Assembly (NCBI RefSeq): GCF_000281045.1
Contig: NW_008246086.1
Span: forward strand, 112,513-176,512
DNA length: 64,000 bases
Source of the DNA: Saprolegnia diclina VS20
Lineage: Eukaryota
Direction of reading: 5' to 3'
Positions within the stretch are counted from its first letter, which is position 1; every line of letters begins with the position of its first letter. Both the position numbers and the translations under genes were made by a program. Shown in pieces: positions 41,801 through 52,075 of this stretch. The notes under the pieces were generated by a model. It searched no databases. It was not told where the DNA came from and was given only the letters and a program-made list of their open reading frames with translations.

Positions 41801-43986
41801 ACTTTGATGGTGCGTGGGAGATGGCGTTAACATCGATGCGCCAAACGCGCTGCTTGCGCCAGCGTTCGAACGGTGCTGTCTTTCTCGAGAGTGCGCTGCG
41901 CAACATCAACGACTGGGGCGCTTGGGACCGCTGCTGGGGCAACTCGTTTGAAGTTGCGATTCAGCGGCCGCTTGCGACGACCACGCGCGGCCAGCAATGG
42001 CTCCAAGCTCTGAAAACCCGTCGAAACTCGGTGGAACACGAAGTAGCGTCCTGGGCCTCGCACCGTGTGACGCACTTTGTGCTCCAGTGGCAAAACTACA
42101 AGACGACAGGTTTGGTCGACTCGCTCACCATCACATCGGCGCTTGGACTTGCGTACGATCTGCGGCTGAGCGAATCCCGTGGCGTCCTTCATCTGGAGCG
42201 ACAGACGTCTCGAAAGATGTACTGGTCGTTTGCCAGCGACCTCTGGGCCGTGGCGTCCAACGCGACAGCCATTGCAGGCGCCAGTCTGGTTCGCGCGAGC
42301 GCCAATTTTGCGTTTCTCAACACCACGAGCGAGGCGCTGCTTTTAGCCAATAGCACACTTCCCACACCGCTACCGAGCGGACTGCAGGTGGTGCGAGACG
42401 CCCTCGGCCCGTTCAACGCGATCGATATGCTCTATATACCGTGCCCACCGGCGCTTCAAGCTTTCTACCGGGAAGCCACAGCACATATTACAGCGGTGCT
42501 ACTGACCAATCTGCGGGCCCAAGCGGCGTTTGCTGCGATTCCGCTCGCCAACCACACGCTACCCGTACCGCAGCGTGTCGAGTCCTTGGACCTCTTGACG
42601 TATGGCGGCAACCTTCTCTGCGGCGACGACCTTCCGAATTACCCACTGGCATCCGGGTTCTACTGCTTTTTTGGGTCGCACAACATGTGCCACGCCTACT
42701 ACAACGAGTACATTCCGCTGACCACGATCGAGTTGCTTCTGTCGCTACTTGCGGCACCAACTCTATTGGCAGTGAATGCAACTGCGCTGTGCCTCAACGA
42801 TGCGCTGGCATCTTCCACATGCAGTTCGATGTATATTAGCGCCATGGCCTTTCTGCAGGCACATGTCCCCGGCACGGTCGAGGCGAACGACGCCCTCGCT
42901 GACGTCCTCGCCTTGGAGTTGAAGCTCATCCAGTTTGTGAGTCCCGCCAACGATTCGTCACAAATCACACTGCTTCGCCTGCCGCTCGCCGAGAATACGT
43001 GGCGCATCGACACGTGGCTCTACCTCGTGCAGTGGGCAGCGGGCGCGCGGGACGTTGTCTCGTTTCAAGGCGACGCTGGGGCACTCACGACCATCTCGAC
43101 GGTCTCGTCGCCGCAGAGCATGACCCCGGATCCGAATGAGATTCCGAATACGATCTCATTTCTCTTCCTCACGGCAGTGCGGTACGTCACTGCGACGCTG
43201 ATTGCCGTTGCTCTTGTGGCCGCCATCGTTGCTGTGCGCGACAATGCGTACGTCAACGGCCTCAACCTCTTTGAGCTCAATCGAGTCGTGGGGCATGTCT
43301 GGATAGGCCGGTCGTGGCTGCTGAGCCGAAGCGTCTCGGCGCTGTGGCTTCTCAACACGAGCACACTTAGCTTGGAGTCGTATGGCGCCGGCACGAAATT
43401 CGAGTCGCCGCCGCTGCACTGGGCGACAACCTTCTTGGCCGGCGGCGAAAGCACGTGGTTTGTCTACATCCTCAACGACCTCTGGAGCTGCGTCACGCGG
43501 CAGTGGACCGCGTACTACGCATACAAGAGCGCGCTGCTCGCGTGGGCTGCCACGTCACTGTACGTGACGATCGCGCCGGTGCAGTACGTCGCGTCGATTC
43601 ATCGCTCGTGCAATTATATCGAGATGGACTTGGGCCTGCGCTGCGTGAGCGCGTCCGTGCACATTGGCAGCGCGACCCGCGTCGCCTTCGGCTTTGGTCT
43701 TGGCGCGCTCGCGGTCCTTGTATGTTTTGGCGTCGAGCGGTGGCGGCTGCGGCACCTGCCGCCCATGACGCTGTGCACGACCCTTCTGAACGCAACGAGC
43801 CTCCATATGCTAATCACGTCCAAGGACCTTCTCGATCGACCGTCTGCAGTCCTCGCCGGGGTCTTTGCACTGCGGAACCGGGACCATCTCTACCTTTTCG
43901 ACATCAAGAGCTGGCGCTTCCTCGCGTTGCCGGTCGACGCAGCCAGTCGTTCCGCGGGCTGTCTGATTCCGTTAAACCGCGTTTAA
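38872..43986 (+). CDS. Giant intronless two-module multi-pass membrane protein, paralog of 7576-12801
   Basis: ~1700 aa from MRIAPDTS; YCWADL..RW, NAAVYLEAILRN, GGNPMC, REVVSFQGD, FDIKLW in module 1; LANDYGWA, YCYLD, NGAVFLESALRN, GGNLLCG, FDIKSWR in module 2. Confidence 0.85.
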   Translation: MRIAPDTSLVDVAAPRHSARRHLVGVSYACACLVVGVCFNSLAHVYLETSPFWPSFQSQYTAPWLAAQLRSHLVLGPTWPDLDVTAVGVAASDAMGTPPAYARQLMYDDLTSLEAAIAGLWRLESSHLSMILSGYCWADLQRRWALGHTARRQARCETAYVANAAVYLEAILRNVADVQAWNDVARFESTIALPIASTFEDGAAWVDSVYAHARAPSIEEEARVWRAHGCRTFVLQWANRIQVGVFETIQLRNALGMRQPFTLHALPSTLMSMAWTSLYLFAGLFNDFNALAAGNLSLVRTTPTFFGLSQPDLIEDFNAGLPLPILYQVLHDRIGPLGSIDLYWVSVPASVAEAVAAFRAETDMLPMPSLTLRPTPLHWQDPALRFHGGNPMCMMGNPLPYVREAFGFDDACASLAPVTITLDPLNSLFGLWMTQTPDAACSSVLDTTDGRACVAFLQSLAPSLRRLPPVHADLDAVFAHLNLSLLQYVDFNHTITLDLQPLLGQSWAFFGWTMVYDWAMRRREVVSFQGDEGSMHLLSAEYAPIPNANTISTPTAWVYYVSVSNWAFSAGLIAVFCLCLRYDCCQQSSATWWRFPRLVSSVYLNRGLVSLRSLIAIVCLATAPVVPRAEDGATALVFEPRSVVASSILAIEATWVLYCVYDMLHPILSHRTNTRAACSAGAAVLTLLAIDQFAPVHVLTQLRRSCDSVNMDTMIYCTSGVVAIGDASRSLVLGLVLLASVVLGSMLPLSGRADVRCIPNLAVPLALVSYQDPTLRNSTFLDPATAAMSGLFRLSPATVFDIKLWRPLPLADDVQVRGTLLPHCSSLQPVDCCMQELGVPVTWRRCERISLLLCGLGFLTTSLVGNVLYLQRAEMYLANDYGWADFNSTGARTWLGNLFNEALLSTNSASNILVDGTSNGTIAQHYNGSSTVLLWADGMARRAHYRHDTPLAEIIVGLRAMDPCVLPWMFTQYCYLDFDGAWEMALTSMRQTRCLRQRSNGAVFLESALRNINDWGAWDRCWGNSFEVAIQRPLATTTRGQQWLQALKTRRNSVEHEVASWASHRVTHFVLQWQNYKTTGLVDSLTITSALGLAYDLRLSESRGVLHLERQTSRKMYWSFASDLWAVASNATAIAGASLVRASANFAFLNTTSEALLLANSTLPTPLPSGLQVVRDALGPFNAIDMLYIPCPPALQAFYREATAHITAVLLTNLRAQAAFAAIPLANHTLPVPQRVESLDLLTYGGNLLCGDDLPNYPLASGFYCFFGSHNMCHAYYNEYIPLTTIELLLSLLAAPTLLAVNATALCLNDALASSTCSSMYISAMAFLQAHVPGTVEANDALADVLALELKLIQFVSPANDSSQITLLRLPLAENTWRIDTWLYLVQWAAGARDVVSFQGDAGALTTISTVSSPQSMTPDPNEIPNTISFLFLTAVRYVTATLIAVALVAAIVAVRDNAYVNGLNLFELNRVVGHVWIGRSWLLSRSVSALWLLNTSTLSLESYGAGTKFESPPLHWATTFLAGGESTWFVYILNDLWSCVTRQWTAYYAYKSALLAWAATSLYVTIAPVQYVASIHRSCNYIEMDLGLRCVSASVHIGSATRVAFGFGLGALAVLVCFGVERWRLRHLPPMTLCTTLLNATSLHMLITSKDLLDRPSAVLAGVFALRNRDHLYLFDIKSWRFLALPVDAASRSAGCLIPLNRV

Positions 43987-44667
43987 TGGCTTTGAGATTT
44001 GAGTTGGCTTCCAAGCGACGGGATTCCCGCACGTGGCGTACCATGACGTGGCAGTGCCACAGCGCAGGCCGTTTCGCCATACGCAGATTTGCTGCGAGAG
44101 CGAACCTGACACCGACGATCGTACTACCTCATCCTATGGGCCCCTTGCGACCTAATTCGACTCCCTCGTTACATTGGACAGCGTTCTCCGATTTGCAGAG
44201 ATGAGGAAATGGAGCGGTCTCGCGGTCGGATCTCGGCCACTTTCTTTTCTTTGGTTGGGAACCAGCGGAGCCATTTTGATACATCTGATGTGCTCTGTGG
44301 CAGTCGACGCCACCTCCCACGTGCCACCCAAGTCGACGTAACTCTCGTGGAAATTTGCATTCGCAATCCTCCGACGCACGACTAAATCGTGCGACTGATC
44401 TCCAAGTCGCTCGGTCCTAGTCTACTAAAGTAGCGTCAAGCTATCCCTTTAGCAAGATTCCTCTCCCGTGCAGGAAGCGCACGGTACGAAGCGGCATGCA
44501 ACCAACATCATACGACACGCCCACAATCCTGTGCAACGAGCAATGCAAAGGTGATGGATAGCAGCCATAGCTCCAGAGTCTGATACAAACGAGGTTGGAG
44601 GGTTTTGCTGGTTATTCGACGAGTAAGCTCGCTGCTGGCGCGGGAAGTGTACGTGTTGACGCTCTCT

Positions 44668-45996
44668 CTAGGCTGTACGCGCTCCACCAAAATGGCATGC
44701 CGTGTCTCGCTTCTTGGCCTCGACTTGCTCCTTCACGCGCTGCTCTTGCACGCCTAAGTTTAGCTGACGCCACTGGACCATGTGCGTCGCGACAACTTCG
44801 TTTGGCTCCATCCACTGAAGGAGGTCTAGCTGCGTAGGCTTGGCCGCCGAGACCGCAGAAGCCGCTTGGATCAATGCCACGGACGCGCATTTCGAGCTCG
44901 TCTTGGTCTCGTCGGCGAGGTACCCATCGCCGACCGTGCGGCACTGGTCGAGATCGTAGTGGAGTAACACGAGCGACCGTGCAAGCACGAAAGCCTCGAG
45001 ATGTTTCTCCAGTCGCTGTGCGTTGGTCATGTTGCTCAGCGTGAGCGTGTCAGCGACCTTATCGTAGACGATACGAAGTTGCGCAACGCTGCATCGCTGA
45101 AGGTCCTCGATCTTGGCCTTGACTTGCGTCTCCGTCATGGTCGAGATGTCACCAGAGACACCGCCCGGTGTAACAACCGGTGAGGAGTAGAACACCCAGC
45201 CCCACACCCAGCTCCACACGCCGCCGCTGGACGGCACAGACGGTGCAGCGTAAACCGCCGCGGCCGTCAGCTTTGTGCGTTCGTCCTTCTTCTGGTTCGC
45301 AGTGATGGTCTCGACGTATGCTTCCACGTCTCGTCGTGCTAGATTCTCGTGGATCGGTGCCGCACATATTTCGATGGTGGCTATAGGAGTGCTGATCGCC
45401 TGCATCTCGATTCGCTTGGTCAGCTCGGCCTTGACAGCTTCATTGTCGTGAAGAAAATTCTGGAACGGGTGCAGTTTCTCGACCACATCAAAGCCTGCGA
45501 TCTCGCAGAACGTGTCCACGACGACCGCGTTCTGGAGCGCCTCGACCACGCGGTCCGCTGCGTGGATGGCTGCCTCGCCTACTCGGCTCACGAGGATTGC
45601 CTCAGCCGTCGCTTCGGCCGCAGGAGCGAGCCACATGTCCGCGGCCAAGTCGCTTCCTGGCACAACGAGACCCACGATGCTGCCGGTACACGTCAGCACC
45701 GCACCGAAGAAGATCCGCCCGTACGCCGTATCGAGCGACTCAAGTCCGCGGCGGCGAACTTCGGCGGAACATTCTGCGAGCTGAGTGTTGATGTTGCTGC
45801 TGTAGTTCACTTGGTGGACGAAAAACGGGATGTACACGGCTGCCGAGGCCCCGGCCGTCGTGATGCCCGTGACTGTGGCGACACCCGCGGTCATGGAGGA
45901 GCGCGTCATGGCGCGACAAGACTCGGTGTAGAGGTCTTGCTCAGCCTTGAGAAGCTGCGCGTTGGCCATTGCATTGAACGGCGCAGGGAAGTCCAT
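44668..45996 (-). CDS. Hypothetical helical protein (~440 aa) with Gly/Ala-rich hydrophobic segments
   Basis: Long intronless ORF with coding-like codon bias from ATG MDFPAPF; no recognisable domain. Confidence 0.65.
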   Translation of the reverse strand: MDFPAPFNAMANAQLLKAEQDLYTESCRAMTRSSMTAGVATVTGITTAGASAAVYIPFFVHQVNYSSNINTQLAECSAEVRRRGLESLDTAYGRIFFGAVLTCTGSIVGLVVPGSDLAADMWLAPAAEATAEAILVSRVGEAAIHAADRVVEALQNAVVVDTFCEIAGFDVVEKLHPFQNFLHDNEAVKAELTKRIEMQAISTPIATIEICAAPIHENLARRDVEAYVETITANQKKDERTKLTAAAVYAAPSVPSSGGVWSWVWGWVFYSSPVVTPGGVSGDISTMTETQVKAKIEDLQRCSVAQLRIVYDKVADTLTLSNMTNAQRLEKHLEAFVLARSLVLLHYDLDQCRTVGDGYLADETKTSSKCASVALIQAASAVSAAKPTQLDLLQWMEPNEVVATHMVQWRQLNLGVQEQRVKEQVEAKKRDTACHFGGARTA

Positions 45997-46477
45997 CGCT
46001 ACTGTGTGGACTGGAACTGGTTTTTTCGGTACAAAGCGATTGGCGAATGGTCTGAACTCCCCAGTTGAGTCAGCCGTCCCTCGTGACCAAGGGATATATC
46101 CCGTGCTCAGCAAAGCTGTGCTGCAAAGGCTCTGATCACACTACGTACATGGCTCGTTGCACAGGATTGTGGGCGTATGCTGTTGGTTGCAGCATGACCC
46201 TTTTGCCGTGCTCTTCCTGCGCGGGAGAGGAATCTTGCTGAAGTTACAACGCGATGCTATCTCTATAGGCGAAGACCGACTACTGGACCGACTAGGAGCT
46301 GTCAAGTCGCACGATTTAGTCGGGCGTCGTAGTGCGTCGTAGTGCGTCGGGTTGCGCGCGCCAAATTTCATGTCGGAACAATCCAGCCGAAAATCTTCCG
46401 GCGACGGTTTTGATTGGCTGAAATGCCGTCGTTCTCTGGGTGACTGCGGGGCATTTCCGATTTTCCGCTTTTGCAGC

Positions 46478-47480
46478 ATGTCCCGCTTCCTGACCGAGCC
46501 CAAGACGGCCAAGACGACGTCGAGCCACGACGCGCCCGAGGTGCGCCTCGCCATCGGCAGCAGCAGCATGCAAGGCTGGCGCGACACGATGGAGGACGCC
46601 GAGCTCGTCGAGACCAAGCTGCCCTCGAAGGAGAAGGTGGCGTGCTTGGCTATCTTTGACGGCCATGGCGGCGACGCGGTCGCCAAGGACGTGTACGCCC
46701 ATCTTTGCCTTGCGCCATGACGCTCATGTGCAATGCTTAGGTCGGCCCATATTACACCGCTGCTCCTCGAGACGGACGGCTTCAAGAAGTTTGACGGGGT
46801 ACGTTGCATGCCAAGTAGTAGGCCATTGGATACTCATAATCGCGTGCGTACAATTGCAGAAGGATCCAACGCTGCTTGTCTCGGCGCTGCGCGACTGCTT
46901 CCTCACGATGGATGACAAGCTGCGCGAGACGGTCGGCGCCGACGGCCGCGCCGATGAGATTGGCTCGACCGGCCTCATGGTGCTCATCACGGAGCAGTTC
47001 ATCATCTCGGCCAACGTCGGCGACTCGCGCTGCATTTTGAGCCAATCCAACTCGCAAAAGCCGATTCAGATGTCGCTCGACCACAAGCCGGACCTCGAGG
47101 CTGAGAAGAACCGCATTGTTGCCGCGGGCGGAACCGTCTTCCGCGGCCGCGTCTCGGGCGGCGTCGCTGTCTCGCGCAGCTTTGGCGACTTTTGGTTCAA
47201 GCGCAACGAAGAGAACAACCCGAACAAGAAGCCGTGGGACCACCTCGTGATCGCCGAGCCGTGCGTCAACGTGACCAAGCGCGATTCGCACGACGAGTTC
47301 CTCGTGCTCTGCTGCGACGGTATCTACGATGTCATGTCCAACGAGCAGGTCCAGCGCTTTGTCCGCGACCGCCTCAAGGAAGGCAAGAAGCCCGAGATCG
47401 TTGCCGAGCTCCTCACAGACGAATGCTTGAACAAGGGCAGTCGCGACAACATGAGCGTCATCATCGGCGTCTTCCATTAA
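46478..47480 (+). CDS. Protein phosphatase 2C (PPM family), copy 1
   Basis: MQGWRDTMEDA, IFDGHGG, ANVGDSR, DHKP, AVSRSFGD, LCCDGIYDV, GSRDNMS. Confidence 0.93.
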
Positions 47481-47899
47481 GCGTCGTCCTCCTTGTCTGG
47501 CTCGTCCTTATATAACCTATTGAATGCTTGCTTCCTTTGGCTCCCTGCCTGTTGGCTCGCATGGAGGCTATGGCTCGTGCATAGACGTCGCCTTGGTATG
47601 TGCCAGGGACAAGAGGTTGGTAGAGGCTTGGTGGCCTGGCGCAAGTACGGTAGACATGTCATCTCATGCCATCCCGCCGCCATCATGAAGCGCCCGCATG
47701 GAGAGGCTGGAGCGTCGGCTCCATGCAGCAGCGTCGACCATGGTCGCACGGTTGTCACGACGCAGACAGCCCATTTCCGCCTAAATGGCGTTCGTTTAGC
47801 CTCGCCTTGCGTTCTTGAATTAAAATAACGTGGTGTTTGTATGGAGAAGCGTTTTTATTTCAAAGGAAGAGCCAGCGCGATGCCACTTCACAATCCGCC

Positions 47900-48957
47900 A
47901 TGTCCCGCTTCCTCTCGGAGCCGTCGACGGCCAAGGCGTCGCATGCGACGACCGCGCCCAAGCTCAACCTCTCGATCGGCTACAGCAGCATGCAGGGCTG
48001 GCGAGACTCGATGGAGGACGCGGACCTCGTCGAGGTCGAGATCCCTGGCAGCGTCAATGGCGCGTGCTTTGCCATTTTTGACGGCCATGGCGGCGACCTC
48101 GTGGCCAAGATCGTGTACGTCGATGACGATGATGCATGCGATGGCAGCTTATCTGCATGGCTAGGGCCAAGGACATTCTCCAGAACATTGCGGCCACGGA
48201 CGAGTACAAGCAGTTCGATGGCGTACGTCGTGTCGCCATACCGCCATCTTCCTGCGACTGAGAACATGGTAGACGGAGCCGCGCAAGATGGTCACGGCGC
48301 TCTCCAAGGGCTTCCTCAACACGGACGAGATGCTGCGCACGAACGAGCTCACGGCGACGACGTCGGACGAGGTCGGCGCCACCGGCCTCCTCATCATGGT
48401 CACGGAGAAGCACATCTTCTCGGCTAACATTGGTATGCTTTACTCGATGCATGCAGGATGGCTCAGGGACATGATGGGCAGGCGACTCGCGCTGCATTCT
48501 GAGCAAGAGCCAGAACCAGACGCCGATCCAGATGTCGCTCGACCACAAGCCCGACCACGAGACCGAGAAGCTCCGCATCGTTGCGGCCGGTGGGACCGTC
48601 TTCCGGGGTCGCGTCTGCGGCGGTGTCGCCGTCTCGCGCAGCTTTGGCGACTTTTGGTTCAAGCGCAACGAAGAAGGCAAGCCCGAGAAGAAGCCGTGGG
48701 AGCACCTCGTGATCGCCGAGCCGTGCGTCAACGTGCAGCCGCGCGACCACGTCAAGGACGAGTTCCTCGTGCTCTGCTGCGACGGTATCTACGACGTCAT
48801 GTCCAACGAACAAGTCCAGCGCTTTGTCCGCGACCGCCTCAAGTCGGGCAAGTCGCCCAAGGACGTCGCCGAGCTCCTCATGGACGAGTGCTTGAACAAG
48901 GGCAGTCGCGACAACATGAGCGTCATCATCGTGCTCTTCAACGCCAAGAAGAAGTAG
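47900..48957 (+). CDS. Protein phosphatase 2C, copy 2 (tandem paralog)
   Basis: Same motifs; carries an extra intron splitting ANI|GDSR (~48433-48481). Confidence 0.93.
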
Positions 48958-49141
48958 ACCACCTTGTCGCTACTAGGGTCGTTGCCCAACGCGGCGGACC
49001 CTAACCCAACGCGTGTATATATCTACGTTCTTTCGATGTGCTCGTCCCGTCTGCAGGTCCAACGCCTTGCTGCACGAGAGCGTCCGACCAGACCAGATTC
49101 GACCAGAACGATACCAGATATGCGATTCACTGACGCGATGC

Positions 49142-51413
49142 CTACATCTGGTCGTCGTCGTCGTCCGAGTCACGGTCGTTGTCGTCATAAAGGCGCTCGA
49201 TCGCGGCCTTGATCAAGTGGTTGTCCTTGGGGTGGAAGAAGAGCGCGTTGTTGTAGTGTCGCATGGCTTCGTCGACTTGACCCTACGCCACGCAGACTCG
49301 ATCGCCGTCCTTATACAGACGACGACGTACGAGCTTCTTGGCGACGCGGCCGAGGAGGAAGTGGACCGACGACTCTTTGGGCGCCGCATCCCGGACGATG
49401 TAGAGCTCGTCGAGGGCGGCTTTGTAGCGGTGGGTCGCCAGAAGCACCTTGGCCTTGTGGAAGCGCGCGGTCGAGTTGAGCGGCTGAAGGTGCTGCGCAA
49501 TGTCAAGAGCCGCAATGGCTTCGTCGTGGCGCTGCACTGCATGGAGCACCTAGGACGAAAAGTATCAGTCTATCAAGATCGACAACGAGCGCGTGTGACC
49601 ATGCCGAGGTTGCAGTGCAAAATCGAGCTCTGCGGGTTGATGCTCAGCGCCCGTCGAAAATGATACTCGGCGAGCTCGAGCTTTTCTTGGCGCAGGTAGA
49701 TGGCGCCGAGGCCATACCACGCATTGTAGTGGCGTCCGTCGACGCGCAGCGCGTGGCGGTAGCACCCAATGGCCTAATGTAGCCTCAACACTGGGCGAAG
49801 CGTCCAAAACTACCTTTTCAAAGTCTTCGTTGGCCGCGTACTCGTGGCCGCACAGCGTGTGCGCGTACGTAAAGTACGGGTTGAGCTGCAGCGCCTAAAT
49901 CAATGTATCAATATGTCAAGTCCACGGGCTAGTCGAGGCGAGTACACGCTGAAAGAACGTGAGCGCCATGTCGTGCTCCTTCTGGAGGCTAAAGCAATTG
50001 CCCGCGACAAACCATGCGTCGCTCGACCGTTTGTCAAACTCGGTGAGCTGCTGCGCGAGGTATGAGAGCCCGACCTCGTGCTTGAGGTGGTAGAGGATCG
50101 TCGAGTAGATGGCCATGCCCTCCATGCGGTGGGGGTCGGCCTCTCGGATGCCCTCGTAGATGCGTGCGGCCTTCATTCCGCATGTTGTTGCTGTCGTCAA
50201 GACCAGGTGGGCGTACCTTGGGGTAGTTGGCCTGCTCGAAATAGGCCCGCGCGAGCTGCTGCTGCGCCCACGCCGACGTCAGCTGACTCCGAGGCAGTGC
50301 CATCAAGCACTGGATCGCCGTGTCACACTCAAACTAGACCGAGGTATGACGGGTAGAGCAAGAAGGAGGGGTGTACGAGGCATAGCGCGCGGTAGGCGGC
50401 GCCGCAGTCGTGGAGCAGTTGCAGCGCGGGCTAAAGAATCCCGCCGGCGTGAGGAAGAGAGAATGAAGAGGACGGCGCGTACCGCATCGCCCGAGGCGTG
50501 TGCAGGAGAAGGCTACGTGAGAGGTTGATATTCGAATGCGACAAGATGAAGGCGCCTACGGTATCGCCGCCCGAAGTCGTCGTCGATGGAGCTGGGATGC
50601 GCAGTTTTGTCTACTTCACAGGAATGAGCACTGTGGGAAGCGTAGAACGCTATATCGCACGGGTCGATCCTTCTCGGTGAACGTGCGGCTCATGGCCTTC
50701 TTTCCTTGCAGCGGTGCAACTACCTTGCGTGGTCGCTGGGCGGTCGTGTCCGTTGCAGGAGGTGGCCGCGTAGACACCGCCGGTCGACTGGACACAGGTC
50801 GAGCACCGCTAGCACGCACTGTCTTCTTTCCCTTGAACGTTGGCAGTAGTGCAGGGTGGAGAAACGTTGACGTTGGCGCGTCACAGCCGAGCTCACAGAG
50901 GCCTTCGTACGCCGACCACATGAACGGGTCTTGCTTCAAGCTACACATGACCAGGCATTGCCTTCGCCAAGTTGAGAATGAAGCATTGTACCTTGCCTTG
51001 AAGTATTCGATCGCGTGCTCCGTGCGATTCACTCGTCGGCAAATGCTGCCCATGAGGAAGAGGCCGGCGGCGCCGTTCGGGATCGGCTCGAGCGCGGGCA
51101 TGCCTGGAGGACTGCGAGAGCTCTTGGGCGGAAGAAGCGCTGTCTCGGCCTCGGACAATCGCCCCGCTTCGTAGCAGCAGAGCGCCAGCATGTACCTGTT
51201 CTGCGGCGACCGTGGTCCGCCATGCTCGGTCGGTCGCTGGAGCAGCGCGATGGCGCGATGGCCGTCGCCGGACCGGTAGTAGGCTTCGGCGAGGAGCGCG
51301 ACGTTGGCTTCATTCGCATGCTCGGCGACGAGCCGCTCGGCGAGGAAGATGGCGCTGGAGAAGACACCATCGGCAAGGAACCGCTGCACAGCGCTCGTCA
51401 AGCACGATTCCAT
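49142..51413 (-). CDS. CDC27: Anaphase-promoting complex subunit 3 (TPR), multi-exon
   Basis: AIFLAERL N-terminus, DPFMWSAYEGLC, YSTILYHLK, AGNCFSLQKEH, YAHTLCGHEY, RHYNAWYGLG, PKESSVHFLLG. Confidence 0.92.
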
Positions 51414-51721
51414 GGTTCAGTACTTGCGTTGGATTGGTTCTTTTCGAGAGGAATTTAGCCAGTCATCACTCGAATAAAAAGATTCCGGTATGTCTTCCAG
51501 CTAATCGCACGCAACCAACGTACCATCAAGCAAATATAGCTCTTGCCGAGCCGATCCAGACCATGCGTGCAACGAGCGCAGTCGCCACAATACAAGTGCA
51601 CGTCCTTTTGTGCTTTCTATGCTACAATAACTCGACAAGCGTCTGCTATCACTGCCACCTGCGGTCCCGTAAATTGCGTACAAATAGCCTTCCTTATCAC
51701 TGTTCGTTTGGCTTGGCAAAA

Positions 51722-52034
51722 ATGAGCCCCGAGACGCCGCCCCGCCGGACAGCCCGACCGTCGTCGCCACGTACGTCTTGGCTCTTCCTACCGCTGATGC
51801 CTGATGCTGCCCCGCAGTAGAAGCCGAGGTCGCGCAGCTCGCACGCCAGACGCCGACCAAAGTCCTCGCCGACGACATGAACCAAAGTACTTGGACTCTC
51901 ATCTCCTTCGGCGCCGCCTCATGCTGATCGCGATAGCGCTGCTCGCCGACGTGCTCGCATCGCTCCGGCAGCAAGGCGCTGCGATGCAAAAGGAGAGCAC
52001 GTGGGTGGTCCAGGCCAAGCCGTTGCACCTCTGA
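51722..52034 (+). CDS. Small 3-exon hypothetical protein (~70 aa), divergent from CDC27
   Basis: Two ~50-nt GT-AG introns (51771-51820, 51887-51936) with CTGA branch sites restore one frame: MSPETPPRRTARPSSPQAEVAQLARQTPTKVLADDMNQTLLADVLASLRQQGAAMQKESTWVVQAKPLHL. Confidence 0.6.
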
Positions 52035-52075
52035 CCACGCAAGGTAGGGAGTATATTAGTCGTCCAACCTACTAA

